Assembly: GCA_963665275.2 (NCBI GenBank)
Contig: CAXXIN010000007.1
Coordinates: forward strand, 640,001 to 704,000
DNA length: 64,000 nt
Source of the DNA: Negativicutes bacterium
GTDB taxonomy: Bacteria; Bacillota; Negativicutes; UBA1444
Direction of reading: 5' to 3'
The position numbers and the translations under genes are program-made. The notes beneath the pieces are model-generated. The model saw nothing but the letters and a program-made list of their open reading frames with translations, searched no databases and was not told the DNA's origin. How positions within the stretch are numbered: position 1 is the first letter of the stretch; each line of letters opens with the position of its first letter. Shown here in pieces: positions 29,629-38,668 of this stretch.

Positions 29629-30045
29629 TTAAGTTGCCGTCCCGTTGACGGAGGTAATGTCGCTATAACTTACCGACGTACTGCCGATCGTAAGAGAAGC
29701 TTTCCCGCTGCTGACAGTCACCGCCGACACCGTTCCGCTGCCCGTGGTCGTCGTTCCTGAGTCATCTGTAGTGCTGTAGGATACATCCTGTCCTATCAGA
29801 CTAAAGGCCGAAGTTGCTTCTGCTGTGCTGCTCATGGAGGATAGCTGTTCGAGTGTGCTCATCTGCGCCAATTGAGAAACCAGTTCCGTGTTTTCTACCG
29901 GATTCGTCGGGTCCTGATTTTGCAATTGTGCGCACAGAAGCGTAATGAAGGATTCAAAACTGGCCAGACTGCTAGTGGCTGTAGTGCTGCTAAGAGTGCT
30001 GGACGAGGCCGTAACCGTACCTGTACTTGAAATGCTTGTACTCAC
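29629..30045 (-). CDS. flgD: Hook capping protein
   Basis: FITLLCAQLQNQDPTNP, QLAQMSTLEQ; GTG start at 30045 behind AAGGAG. Confidence 0.9.
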   Translation of the reverse strand: MSTSISSTGTVTASSSTLSSTTATSSLASFESFITLLCAQLQNQDPTNPVENTELVSQLAQMSTLEQLSSMSSTAEATSAFSLIGQDVSYSTTDDSGTTTTGSGTVSAVTVSSGKASLTIGSTSVSYSDITSVNGTAT

Positions 30046-30156
30046 CTTACTCACTCCTTATCTTTTTCGCTCTTGTTTTTTGGAGGATCAGTCATGCTTT
30101 CCCGATGACTATAACTTTCAGATATTTTTCTTCATTTGGTATTTCCACATCTCATA

Positions 30157-30173
30157 TTAGATTTTTGTTTGAT
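30157..30173 (-). promoter_or_regulatory. Direct-repeat box upstream of the flgD operon
   Basis: Minus strand ATCAAA-caaaa-ATCTAA. Confidence 0.5.
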
Positions 30174-30302
30174 TATTTGCTGGAATAGATTTATATTCTC
30201 TTTGAAAATAAAAATATGCTCCGCAATAAGACCCAAAGCCCTATTCTACAGCTTGTTCTCGAACATTATAAATTTTGAATGATTTTTTCATAGCTAATAA
30301 AA

Positions 30303-30336
30303 ATTAAATGATTTTCTAATATATTCCCCCTATAAT
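30303..30336 (+). promoter_or_regulatory. Direct-repeat box and TATAAT upstream of the orphan regulator
   Basis: ATTAAA-tgatt-TTCTAA at 30303-30319; TATAAT at 30331. Confidence 0.5.
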
Positions 30337-30401
30337 TCAAATGGAAAGCTAAGATGGCAAATTTTACTACATGGACGTAGCCACACTTGGGGGAGACTCT
30401 C

Positions 30402-31058
30402 GTGAAACTTCTTTTGGCGGAAGACGAGCCGAAACTTGCCAGTGCCTTGTCTTATCTGATGAAGAAAAACGGATACATCGCCGATGTTGCTTCCAATGGA
30501 GAAACGGCCCTGGAAATGGCTGCTACCGGAGTCCATGACATGTTAGTTTTAGACCGGGCATTGCCGCTCCGTGATGGGCTATCGGTTCTCAAAGAATACC
30601 GGTCTTTGGGTTTTGATAACCCAGTCCTCTTTCTGACCGCCCTCGACTCCCTTCAGGATCGCGTCGAAGGCTTGGATGCCGGCGCTGACGATTATATGGT
30701 CAAACCCTTTTCGTCGAACGAGTTACTCGCACGAATGCGCGCTCTGACCCGCCGAATTGCTCCTGCAGATAAAATCAATTTTGTTATGGCGGCTGGCATC
30801 ATCCTTGATCCTTCACGCAGTGAAGCAAAAATCAGTGATTCCTGGATAAAACTGACGGTGAAAGAATCTATGATTTTGGAATTGTTGATGCGCAACTTTG
30901 GGCAAGTCATCCCGACTGATCGTATCCTGGAAAAAGTTTGGGGAGAACAGTCCGCCGTATATCGGCCTTATGTACACTTGTACATTCATTATCTGCGAAA
31001 AAAGCTCCCAGCCATTTGTTTAAAAACCATTCACGATGTTGGCTATTCTCTGCAATAA
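30402..31058 (+). CDS. Orphan OmpR-family response regulator, paralog of 9234..9920
   Basis: LDRALP, FLTA, DDYMVKPF; shares LTVKES..LELLMRN.GQVI and YIHYLRKKLP with the 9234 protein. Confidence 0.9.
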   Translation: MKLLLAEDEPKLASALSYLMKKNGYIADVASNGETALEMAATGVHDMLVLDRALPLRDGLSVLKEYRSLGFDNPVLFLTALDSLQDRVEGLDAGADDYMVKPFSSNELLARMRALTRRIAPADKINFVMAAGIILDPSRSEAKISDSWIKLTVKESMILELLMRNFGQVIPTDRILEKVWGEQSAVYRPYVHLYIHYLRKKLPAICLKTIHDVGYSLQ

Positions 31059-31153
31059 TCATTCACCGAACCGCGTGTGCCGCGCAGAATTTTTTCTGCG
31101 CATTTTTTTTTACCACCAATATTTTTTGATAAAAATTTTTATGGGTATTCGAT

Positions 31154-31170
31154 TTCAAATATTCTTCTAA
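31154..31170 (+). promoter_or_regulatory. Direct-repeat box upstream of flagellin
   Basis: TTCAAA-tattc-TTCTAA, with AATAAT 16 nt downstream. Confidence 0.5.
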
Positions 31171-31286
31171 TTTTTTACATCGAACAAATAATTAGCCGGG
31201 GAAGGTTGAGGTGATTCCAGTGAACTAAGCAGCAGAAAACACCAGGGTAAGCCACCGACTCATGAGCTGGGGTAAGCTCAAAAAGG

Positions 31287-31321
31287 GGAGTAAGGATACT
31301 CCACCTAAAAATTCAAGGAGG
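31287..31321 (+). promoter_or_regulatory. CsrA-type binding hairpin and SD in the flagellin leader
   Basis: GGAGTA-AGGA-TACTCC hairpin with GGA in the loop, then CAAGGAGG, as in Firmicute hag leaders. Confidence 0.7.
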
Positions 31322-31329
31322 AAAAAATC

Positions 31330-32553
31330 ATGATTATCAATCACAACATGGCGTCTTTGAACACATTGAACTCCTTAAACGCCAACAGTACGACCATGCA
31401 GAAATCCTTAGCCAAACTGTCTTCCGGTCTGCGGATCAACAGTGCAGCCGATGATGCTGCCGGACTCGCGATTTCAGAAAAAATGCGCGGTCAGATCAGC
31501 GGCCTCGACACCGCCAGTTCCAACGCCCAGAATGGTATATCGCTCCTGCAGACAGCGGAAGGTGCGCTCGATGAAACCACCAGCATTCTACAACGTATGC
31601 GTGAGTTGGCGGTAGAATCTGCTAGCGATACCATTACCGACGATGATCGAGATGATATCCAGTCTGAGTTCTCGGAACTAACCGAAGAAATTGACCGAAT
31701 TGCCTCTACCACGCAATTCAACACCAAAAACCTGCTCGACGGCTCGATGAGTAGTGATAATACCACCGTTACTGCGAACGTATCTGAAAACACTTCTTTC
31801 GCATCTGCAACCACATCCGGCACTCTCGCGACCGCTTTGACGGACTCCAGCGGCAATTCGTTGGGAATTACCGAAGGCGATACCATTTCACTCAGTTATG
31901 TCAAAGATGGTGCTCTGCAAACGACCTCATTCACAGTCACTTCCGCTACCACCGTTGCAGATCTCGATACAGGAGATTTTGCAATAACAACCGCTACGAC
32001 AGGCACACTGACTGCTACGGCGACCACCGGCGGAACAACAACTGCGGTGTATGGATTAACTTATACTGTAACGGATTCTGATGGCGACAAGAGAACCACG
32101 GCCAGCGATGCGTTATCAGATTTTACGCAGACCACTGCCGCCAATAATTTGCGTGCTGATGGCTCGGCCACAATTTTGATTGGCGCCAACACTGGACAAG
32201 ATTTCAATATTTCAATCGATGCCATGGACGCCAGCTCACTTGGCGTAGCCAATCTTACCGTCACATCCCAGACGGCAGCCGAAGTGGCCATCTCGGTCAT
32301 CGACACCGCAACTTCAATGGTGTCGGCTGCACGTGGTAAAATGGGCGCCGAAGAAAATCGTTTGGAACACACCATTAACAACTTAACTACAGCCAGCGAA
32401 AACACCACGGCAGCTGAGTCCCGTATTCGCGATGTAGATATGGCGGCTGAAATGGCAGAGTACACCAAGCTCAGTGTTATCAACCAAGCTGCCACTGCTA
32501 TGTTGGCACAATCCAATCAGTTGCCCCAACAAGTTCTGTCACTTCTGCAATAA
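31330..32553 (+). CDS. fliC: Flagellin
   Basis: MIINHN, KLSSGLRINSAADDAAGLAISEKMR, ESRIRDVDMA, QQVLSLLQ. Confidence 0.97.
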   Translation: MIINHNMASLNTLNSLNANSTTMQKSLAKLSSGLRINSAADDAAGLAISEKMRGQISGLDTASSNAQNGISLLQTAEGALDETTSILQRMRELAVESASDTITDDDRDDIQSEFSELTEEIDRIASTTQFNTKNLLDGSMSSDNTTVTANVSENTSFASATTSGTLATALTDSSGNSLGITEGDTISLSYVKDGALQTTSFTVTSATTVADLDTGDFAITTATTGTLTATATTGGTTTAVYGLTYTVTDSDGDKRTTASDALSDFTQTTAANNLRADGSATILIGANTGQDFNISIDAMDASSLGVANLTVTSQTAAEVAISVIDTATSMVSAARGKMGAEENRLEHTINNLTTASENTTAAESRIRDVDMAAEMAEYTKLSVINQAATAMLAQSNQLPQQVLSLLQ

Positions 32554-32597
32554 CCTCACAATCTCAACCTGACCCGGTAACAAATTCTCATAAACAT

Positions 32598-32626
32598 AAG
32601 GGATGTACTCTTGTACATCCCTTGAT
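32598..32626 (+). terminator. Hairpin after fliC
   Basis: AAGGGATGTAC-tctt-GTACATCCCTT. Confidence 0.65.
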
Positions 32627-32655
32627 TTATATCTCAACGAAAGGCTGTTAAATTT

Positions 32656-34611
32656 ATGGCAACAATTTCTCTATGTGTTATCACCAAAAACGAACATGAT
32701 AATATTGCCCGTTGCCTGCGTAGCGTTAAAAACGATGTCGCTGAAATGATCGTTGTCGATACAGGCTCTTCGGATGATACGGTCTCCATTGCCCAATCAT
32801 TGGGTGCTAAAATTTTTCATTACACTTGGGCTAATGATTTTTCCGCCGCACGTAACTTTGCATTGGATCAGGCTGTCGGGGACTGGATCATATTTTTGGA
32901 TGCCGACGAATATTTTGAGCAAGGTACAAGCACTGCGCTTCCAGATGTTGTGCGGAAAATTCACGGGAATCGAAAAATTGATGCCGCTTGCATATTAATG
33001 AAACATATGGAATCAATTGATGGAGCCGTGATCGCGCACACCCAACTTGTTCGCCTTTTTCGTCATTCCCGGCTGATCCGATATCACGGGCGAATTCATG
33101 AAGCGATATACAAGCAGGGACGCAGTCCTGTTGCAGTTTATGTGCCGGAATCAACGTTAGCTATTCGGCATACCGGTTACTCGCAATCCAGATTACCTGA
33201 AAAAGCTCTTCGGAATCTTCCACTATTGGAGCAGGAAGTCGCAGACAATGCAACCAATTGTCTGACTTACTATCATATCAGTCAATCACATATTCTATTG
33301 CATAATTATGAGCAGGCTGCTCATTACGCTTTGAAAGCACTCGAAAATAATGAAGAAATTATGTTTTCCAACGCCCGCTATAAGCCTTACGTTTTTTATA
33401 TCAAAAGCATGCTATTATTGAACTTATTCATGCAAGACAAAGTCGCAACGATGGTTGCAGAGGCATTGGAAAAGCATCCTGACCATCCAGAAATATTGCA
33501 CTGCATCGGCATGTATCATCAAAAATGCGGTCGCTACTCCAAAGCATTACCGTTTTTAGTGCAATCCTTGGTTGCGAATGAAAACTTTCACAGCAACTTG
33601 GACAATGAATTCTTGAAAATCAAGGGACAAGTTCAAGAGGAAATTGCCGTTCTTCACGATAAGATGAATCATGTGTCGCAAGCCTTCGATTATACCATTG
33701 CCGCCCTTAAATCTGACAAGCATCTTGGTTCGTCTTTGGCGCGGCTTCTCTCTCAAGTCAAAACGCAAAAACCTGCCGACATTGTTCAATTGCTTGACAG
33801 TCTCTACAACGTTCAAAACAAGGCTGATGTTGATTTTTTAGTTCGCAATCTCGCTGTGTTGAATCAGAAACACCTGTTCGCCCACTATCTCAAGTTGCTA
33901 TCCACACAGTTCCAGGAAAACTATTTTATCGGTATGAAATTCCTTGTATGCGATAAATACGAAGCGGCTTTTCAGTGTTTTGCGACGCTCGTTGAGCATT
34001 CTAATCCAGATGGCGCCGAGCTATTCGCAGTGGTTTCTTGCCTTTTGGCCGACCGCCCAGATTGGCTGTCCAGCTTAGTATCACCAGCCGACTCTCCATT
34101 GCGGAAAATCGCCAGTATATATTTCCAGTTGGATTCAGCAGTTGATCTGTCCGATGTGAATTTTTCATCCTACTCCACGCTATTTCTAAATTTCATCCAC
34201 TTGAGTTCAGAAGAACAATTATTTCGGCTACTGCAAGTTTCTTCTCGTTTCTTGCAACCAGGCGCCCCTCTGAAAGTGTTGGATCATCTGATAAAGTATC
34301 ACGTATATCCGCCTGTTTTTCATTTTTGTTTAGAGCGGCTGCAAACAACAACAATTACTTCCGACTTGGCCGGACAGTATTCTATGCGTGCCGGTTTTTG
34401 TTGCTATAAAGTTAAGGACTGGGAACATGCTGTATTTTTTTTCAGACAAGCCTTACCACACGAAACGTCTCGAAGTGCCGCAGTAGAGTTATTAACCTGG
34501 TCGTATCAACAATGCCTCGATCCTACTGTACGCAAAAAAATAGAAGCCATCTGCGAAGAATACAATCTAGACCTTGCTCTGCCGGCGCATACTCCAGTTA
34601 ACGGGGTGTGA
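32656..34611 (+). CDS. GT2 glycosyltransferase with TPR repeats (flagellin glycosylation type)
   Basis: ISLCVITKNE, VDTGSSD, DFSAARN, FLDADE, GRIHE, HTGY; helical C-terminus; follows fliC. Confidence 0.88.
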   Translation: MATISLCVITKNEHDNIARCLRSVKNDVAEMIVVDTGSSDDTVSIAQSLGAKIFHYTWANDFSAARNFALDQAVGDWIIFLDADEYFEQGTSTALPDVVRKIHGNRKIDAACILMKHMESIDGAVIAHTQLVRLFRHSRLIRYHGRIHEAIYKQGRSPVAVYVPESTLAIRHTGYSQSRLPEKALRNLPLLEQEVADNATNCLTYYHISQSHILLHNYEQAAHYALKALENNEEIMFSNARYKPYVFYIKSMLLLNLFMQDKVATMVAEALEKHPDHPEILHCIGMYHQKCGRYSKALPFLVQSLVANENFHSNLDNEFLKIKGQVQEEIAVLHDKMNHVSQAFDYTIAALKSDKHLGSSLARLLSQVKTQKPADIVQLLDSLYNVQNKADVDFLVRNLAVLNQKHLFAHYLKLLSTQFQENYFIGMKFLVCDKYEAAFQCFATLVEHSNPDGAELFAVVSCLLADRPDWLSSLVSPADSPLRKIASIYFQLDSAVDLSDVNFSSYSTLFLNFIHLSSEEQLFRLLQVSSRFLQPGAPLKVLDHLIKYHVYPPVFHFCLERLQTTTITSDLAGQYSMRAGFCCYKVKDWEHAVFFFRQALPHETSRSAAVELLTWSYQQCLDPTVRKKIEAICEEYNLDLALPAHTPVNGV

Positions 34612-34643
34612 TCACGGCACAGCATCCCTGTTTGTCACAAAAC

Positions 34644-36710
34644 TCAACCTATCTTGCTGTTTGCAAGGGTCTTTGCTTTTTCGTTGTTCACTAATTCAAT
34701 GATCGATTTTGCTCTCTTAATTTCTTGGGGATATTGCGCAGCACCCGCACTTGAAACGAATTTTGCAAAAGCCTCCACTGCCGGATCCACTTCACCCAGT
34801 TTCATATGAAGTTCGGCTTTATTAAAGAGCCAAATCGGATTAGCGCCAAAGAGCAAGGCAATTTCAGTGCATGATAATGCTTCTTTGAACATATTGTTTT
34901 TGAAAAGCACTTGCACTAAATTTCCCAGTGGTTCCAAGGTGCTGATAACATTTTTCTTTTGCACAGAATATTCTTGGGCCAAGCACGCAGCATTGCGTGC
35001 TAAATTTTTAGTATAGTTTATTGTTTTGGGGCTCGTATATTTCAATGCAATGGGCAGAATATGCGATAAATCAACGGGTTTCTTTTGCGTTTTCACCTCA
35101 GCATTTTTGTCGGCAAGATCATAATGCTTAGCCATTTCCGCCAACATATGAGCGGTTACCTCGCCCCCCTCCATCAAAGAAGTAAACAGTACTTCCCAAT
35201 GGAAACCCTCACCCGCTTTTCGGTCATATCTTGATAACGAATTTATCCATCCTACATATATTTTTGACTTTAACTGCTCTATCGACCGCAATGGAAAATG
35301 GGCAATCCTAAGCTCTTCTATGACAGCCTTACCTATACTGTTTCCGTCATGATGTTGGATTACAACATCATGCGACCCCATTGCCAATTGAAGGCTCTGC
35401 CTCTGCATAACATACTTGCTAACCATTACTTTATAAAACTTTTCATATTGTTCTTGCCGCATATGCTGCATTTTTAATAACGCAACCGGCTCTTCCGGAT
35501 CATCGTTGCCATCTGGAATATATGTCCGCCATTTTACATAATGGAGTTTTTGCAAATCAACTTCTTCCAATACGACTCTGGGATTTTCCGACTCATTCGG
35601 GACAATAAATTCGTCAGCATCCAGAGGAATAATCAAATCCGGTTGAAACGTTTTCATTGCCTCGTGAAGAATTTGGCTCATTTTGGCATCTTGCAAATAA
35701 TTTGTCTCAGGGTCATCGTATATATATAGTGGAAATCCTTCCGAACGTAAATTTTCCAGAATGGACTTGGTATCATCACAACTTCCGTTATCTACGACCA
35801 CCATTCCATCAAAAATATTCATGTGATATCGCACGAAAGACTCAATAATATCTTCTTCGTTTTTAATCATACTGATGGAGAATATCTTTCTTTTCGGCGT
35901 CGCAAAGCTACATTTTCTACATAACACGGAAACCGTGTCATGGTCTAAATACTGGCGAATATATTCTTTTTTTTCGTTCAGTAAAATGTCATCATATTCA
36001 TCTTGCATGAGGTTTCCCATAATATATTCCATGCCGTAATCCATGCAGCAAAGTACCACTCTGCCGTCCGGCAACAGCACGTTATGATTCAAATCAATAC
36101 CGGACAAACAACACTGAATTCGTCCACGGTGGTGAACCCGATTCATTTTGATCCCGCCGCTATCCTCAACATTGCCGGCGCGGTCATGAATAGACAGACG
36201 CATATTAACATCGACAATTTTTTGAACTTCTGACGGAGTCGGCCCATGTGCACAAAATTTCATGATTTTCTTCAGCCTATCGGGCGCCGTTGAAACAATG
36301 CACTGCAATAATTGCAAGTATTCCGCTGTAACCATGATTTTTGAATTGCCATCGATATCCGGCAGATGAATGACAAAATCCGTGAAGTCAATGCCCTTAA
36401 TGCGATCAAAATCATCTAATGTCATACCAACTAACGTAGTGTATACCGCAATTCGATGGCCTTTTTGCGCTGCATACAAAAGCATCTGGGTTGCATCCGG
36501 GTTAAGCCAAGGCTCCGCCATACCTGAAAAATCAATCCGGACACTGGCGGGAACTTTATCAATGCAATTTTTATAGGTTTCCATGGTTAAAACATTAACA
36601 TTAGAGCATTTTGAGTATTCTTGTATCAATTTCAATTGCGGGCAAAGCACACAATCCACTTTACAGCCGATCCGAGTTGTAATTTCCAAAGTGCCAGCGG
36701 ATTTTATCAT
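34644..36710 (-). CDS. Radical SAM/SPASM-like domain fused to a GT2-like glycosyltransferase and a TPR tail
   Basis: CKVDCVLC (CxxxCxxC), FSGMAEP, DGRVVLCCMD..GNL..CRKC; then MIKNEEDII, VDNGS, PLDADEF, HFPLRS. Confidence 0.8.
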   Translation of the reverse strand: MIKSAGTLEITTRIGCKVDCVLCPQLKLIQEYSKCSNVNVLTMETYKNCIDKVPASVRIDFSGMAEPWLNPDATQMLLYAAQKGHRIAVYTTLVGMTLDDFDRIKGIDFTDFVIHLPDIDGNSKIMVTAEYLQLLQCIVSTAPDRLKKIMKFCAHGPTPSEVQKIVDVNMRLSIHDRAGNVEDSGGIKMNRVHHRGRIQCCLSGIDLNHNVLLPDGRVVLCCMDYGMEYIMGNLMQDEYDDILLNEKKEYIRQYLDHDTVSVLCRKCSFATPKRKIFSISMIKNEEDIIESFVRYHMNIFDGMVVVDNGSCDDTKSILENLRSEGFPLYIYDDPETNYLQDAKMSQILHEAMKTFQPDLIIPLDADEFIVPNESENPRVVLEEVDLQKLHYVKWRTYIPDGNDDPEEPVALLKMQHMRQEQYEKFYKVMVSKYVMQRQSLQLAMGSHDVVIQHHDGNSIGKAVIEELRIAHFPLRSIEQLKSKIYVGWINSLSRYDRKAGEGFHWEVLFTSLMEGGEVTAHMLAEMAKHYDLADKNAEVKTQKKPVDLSHILPIALKYTSPKTINYTKNLARNAACLAQEYSVQKKNVISTLEPLGNLVQVLFKNNMFKEALSCTEIALLFGANPIWLFNKAELHMKLGEVDPAVEAFAKFVSSAGAAQYPQEIKRAKSIIELVNNEKAKTLANSKIG

Positions 36711-36730
36711 TTACGTTTCCTCCCAAGAAG

Positions 36731-38503
36731 TCATTCAGCTTCGCCCGATGAATCCAATTTTTGTTGAGCTTTTGCCGAATTAATTCGTTCGATCAAGAGC
36801 AGATCATTGTCAGTTTTATTGATAATTCCATGCATATAATTTAGTGCTGCATCATATTCTTGTAGTCTGAATAGAACATAGCTGAAATTATATAGCGTAT
36901 TCGAATCTTCGGAATTAATTCGCAAAGCTTGTTGCAAATATGGAATAACACAGTCGAATTTTTTTTCGGCAAAATTAGCTGACGCGATTCTATTTAGCAC
37001 ATCAGTTTGATTGGAAACATCCCTATCGATGATCTCTATGACTGTTTCAATTGGGTATCGATTGAGAGCCTTAATGTTTTCCATCACATTGATATCTCGT
37101 GCAAGTTCCAGCAGTATTTCCCTTAATTCATCAAGCACGAACCCTTTGGGGGCACTGATCAGATATTGATATGCCAAATATTGATCCTTAAATTTATTTT
37201 CAGTCATGGCGCTGATGGTATCAACATACTGTTTGTCACTCTCAGAGCAAGCAATTTGCGTTGTACTGCACTGCAACTGGCTAAACCCGACGCCAAAAAA
37301 CATTTTTTTTATTTCATTTAGCGTAAAAAAACGTAAATGTGTTTTATCGAGAATCCCTGCATTTTCGTAGTTCCAATGCCCGTACAGCAAATTCCGAATC
37401 ACACTGAAATGCATCACATTGGGAATGCTGGCAAGAATTTTTCCACCCGGCGCTAAATATTGATAAAGCATCTGTAGTGCTCCCCAAGGGTTTTTCAGAT
37501 GCTCTAAAATATCAGCTAAAATAATATACTGAAAAAAACGTTTGGGATATGGCAATTCCAACGCTTCAACATCCGCAGCGCACACGTCGGCAAAGGTACT
37601 GGCATCCTGCGCTGCATTCACATTTAATTCAATTCCATATAATGCTGCGCTACGAAATTGATTCCGTATCTGTAACAAAGTGGCCCCACAAGCACAACCG
37701 ACTTCTAGAACTCGAAAAGCTTCATCTCGCGGCGCATCAATAAAATTGATAATTTCTTGGCGAATCATCATTGAGTAGTTGGATGAATAGCCCCATTTAT
37801 TTTCGAACTTTTGAGCGTTGGTTTGCAACAATTGGTTATACTCTGAAGCTTTGTCCCGAAAAGACACACTGCCAAAATGGTGAATAAAAGTGTCCCGGCA
37901 AAGCAGCAGTTTATACCCTGCCCGTCTGATTCTTACCGAATAGTCGTCGTCTTCAAAATTGCCTGGTGAAAACATTTCATCCAATAGTCCAACTTTTTCC
38001 ACAACTTCTTTTTTGATTAGTAAACAAAAACCCACTAATTTTAATCTTTCGTCCCACTTAGCAGCAGTTGATATATTGTAATCCTTGGCGAATCGCTGCA
38101 TCTCCTGAATCGATTTATATTGCACAGCAATAGTTTGACCATACGAGCAATTATTCGTCACTGCGCCGACCGCGCCAATCTCGGGATTACTATATAAAGC
38201 TTGCAATAAATTGCTAAGCCAATTGTTCGTTACTATCACGTCATTATTCAGCAACAAGACATTATCGCCTTTGGCAATCGTCATTCCCTGATTACACCCT
38301 GTAGGGAATCCCATATTTTCGCGGTTGAATATTGTTCGCACGTCTTTTTGCTGTTTCAACCATTTTTCGGTGCCATCTGTGGAATGGTTGTCCACAATAA
38401 CAATTTCATAGGTTCCCTGTTTAGTATATTTTCTGATGCTGTCGATGCATTGCCGCGTGTACTCAATTTTATTATATGTAAGAATAACAATGCTGGTTTT
38501 CAT
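36731..38503 (-). CDS. GT2 glycosyltransferase fused to a SAM-dependent methyltransferase and a TPR tail
   Basis: SIVILTYN, LLNND, GNFEDDDY; LEVGCACG, DILEHL, GILDKTHLRFFT. Confidence 0.88.
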   Translation of the reverse strand: MKTSIVILTYNKIEYTRQCIDSIRKYTKQGTYEIVIVDNHSTDGTEKWLKQQKDVRTIFNRENMGFPTGCNQGMTIAKGDNVLLLNNDVIVTNNWLSNLLQALYSNPEIGAVGAVTNNCSYGQTIAVQYKSIQEMQRFAKDYNISTAAKWDERLKLVGFCLLIKKEVVEKVGLLDEMFSPGNFEDDDYSVRIRRAGYKLLLCRDTFIHHFGSVSFRDKASEYNQLLQTNAQKFENKWGYSSNYSMMIRQEIINFIDAPRDEAFRVLEVGCACGATLLQIRNQFRSAALYGIELNVNAAQDASTFADVCAADVEALELPYPKRFFQYIILADILEHLKNPWGALQMLYQYLAPGGKILASIPNVMHFSVIRNLLYGHWNYENAGILDKTHLRFFTLNEIKKMFFGVGFSQLQCSTTQIACSESDKQYVDTISAMTENKFKDQYLAYQYLISAPKGFVLDELREILLELARDINVMENIKALNRYPIETVIEIIDRDVSNQTDVLNRIASANFAEKKFDCVIPYLQQALRINSEDSNTLYNFSYVLFRLQEYDAALNYMHGIINKTDNDLLLIERINSAKAQQKLDSSGEAE

Positions 38504-38575
38504 GTTGCTCCTCTATGCATAAGTTACGCAAATTAATTGACAGCTGTACCTGATAAATAATGAATTCACTTTTAA

Positions 38576-38619
38576 ATAATCCCCCGTTGGCCAAAAACGC
38601 CGTCGGGGGATTATTTTTT
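38576..38619 (-). terminator. Hairpin downstream of the EF-hand gene
   Basis: AATAATCCCCCG...CGGGGGATTATT. Confidence 0.55.
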
Positions 38620-38668
38620 CTTAGTAATTACTCAAACTTTATACGTTGATAACTTCAAAAAGAATACC

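Noticed and set aside
31060-31329. Sigma-28 promoter for fliC
   Set aside because: No convincing TAAA-N15/16-GCCGAT match; a degenerate site cannot be excluded.
21937-32553. Halophilic adaptation as the cause of the acidic flagellar proteins
   Set aside because: Neighbouring cytoplasmic and exported proteins (MacA, CdaR, 20926) have normal K/R content, so the bias is confined to this set.
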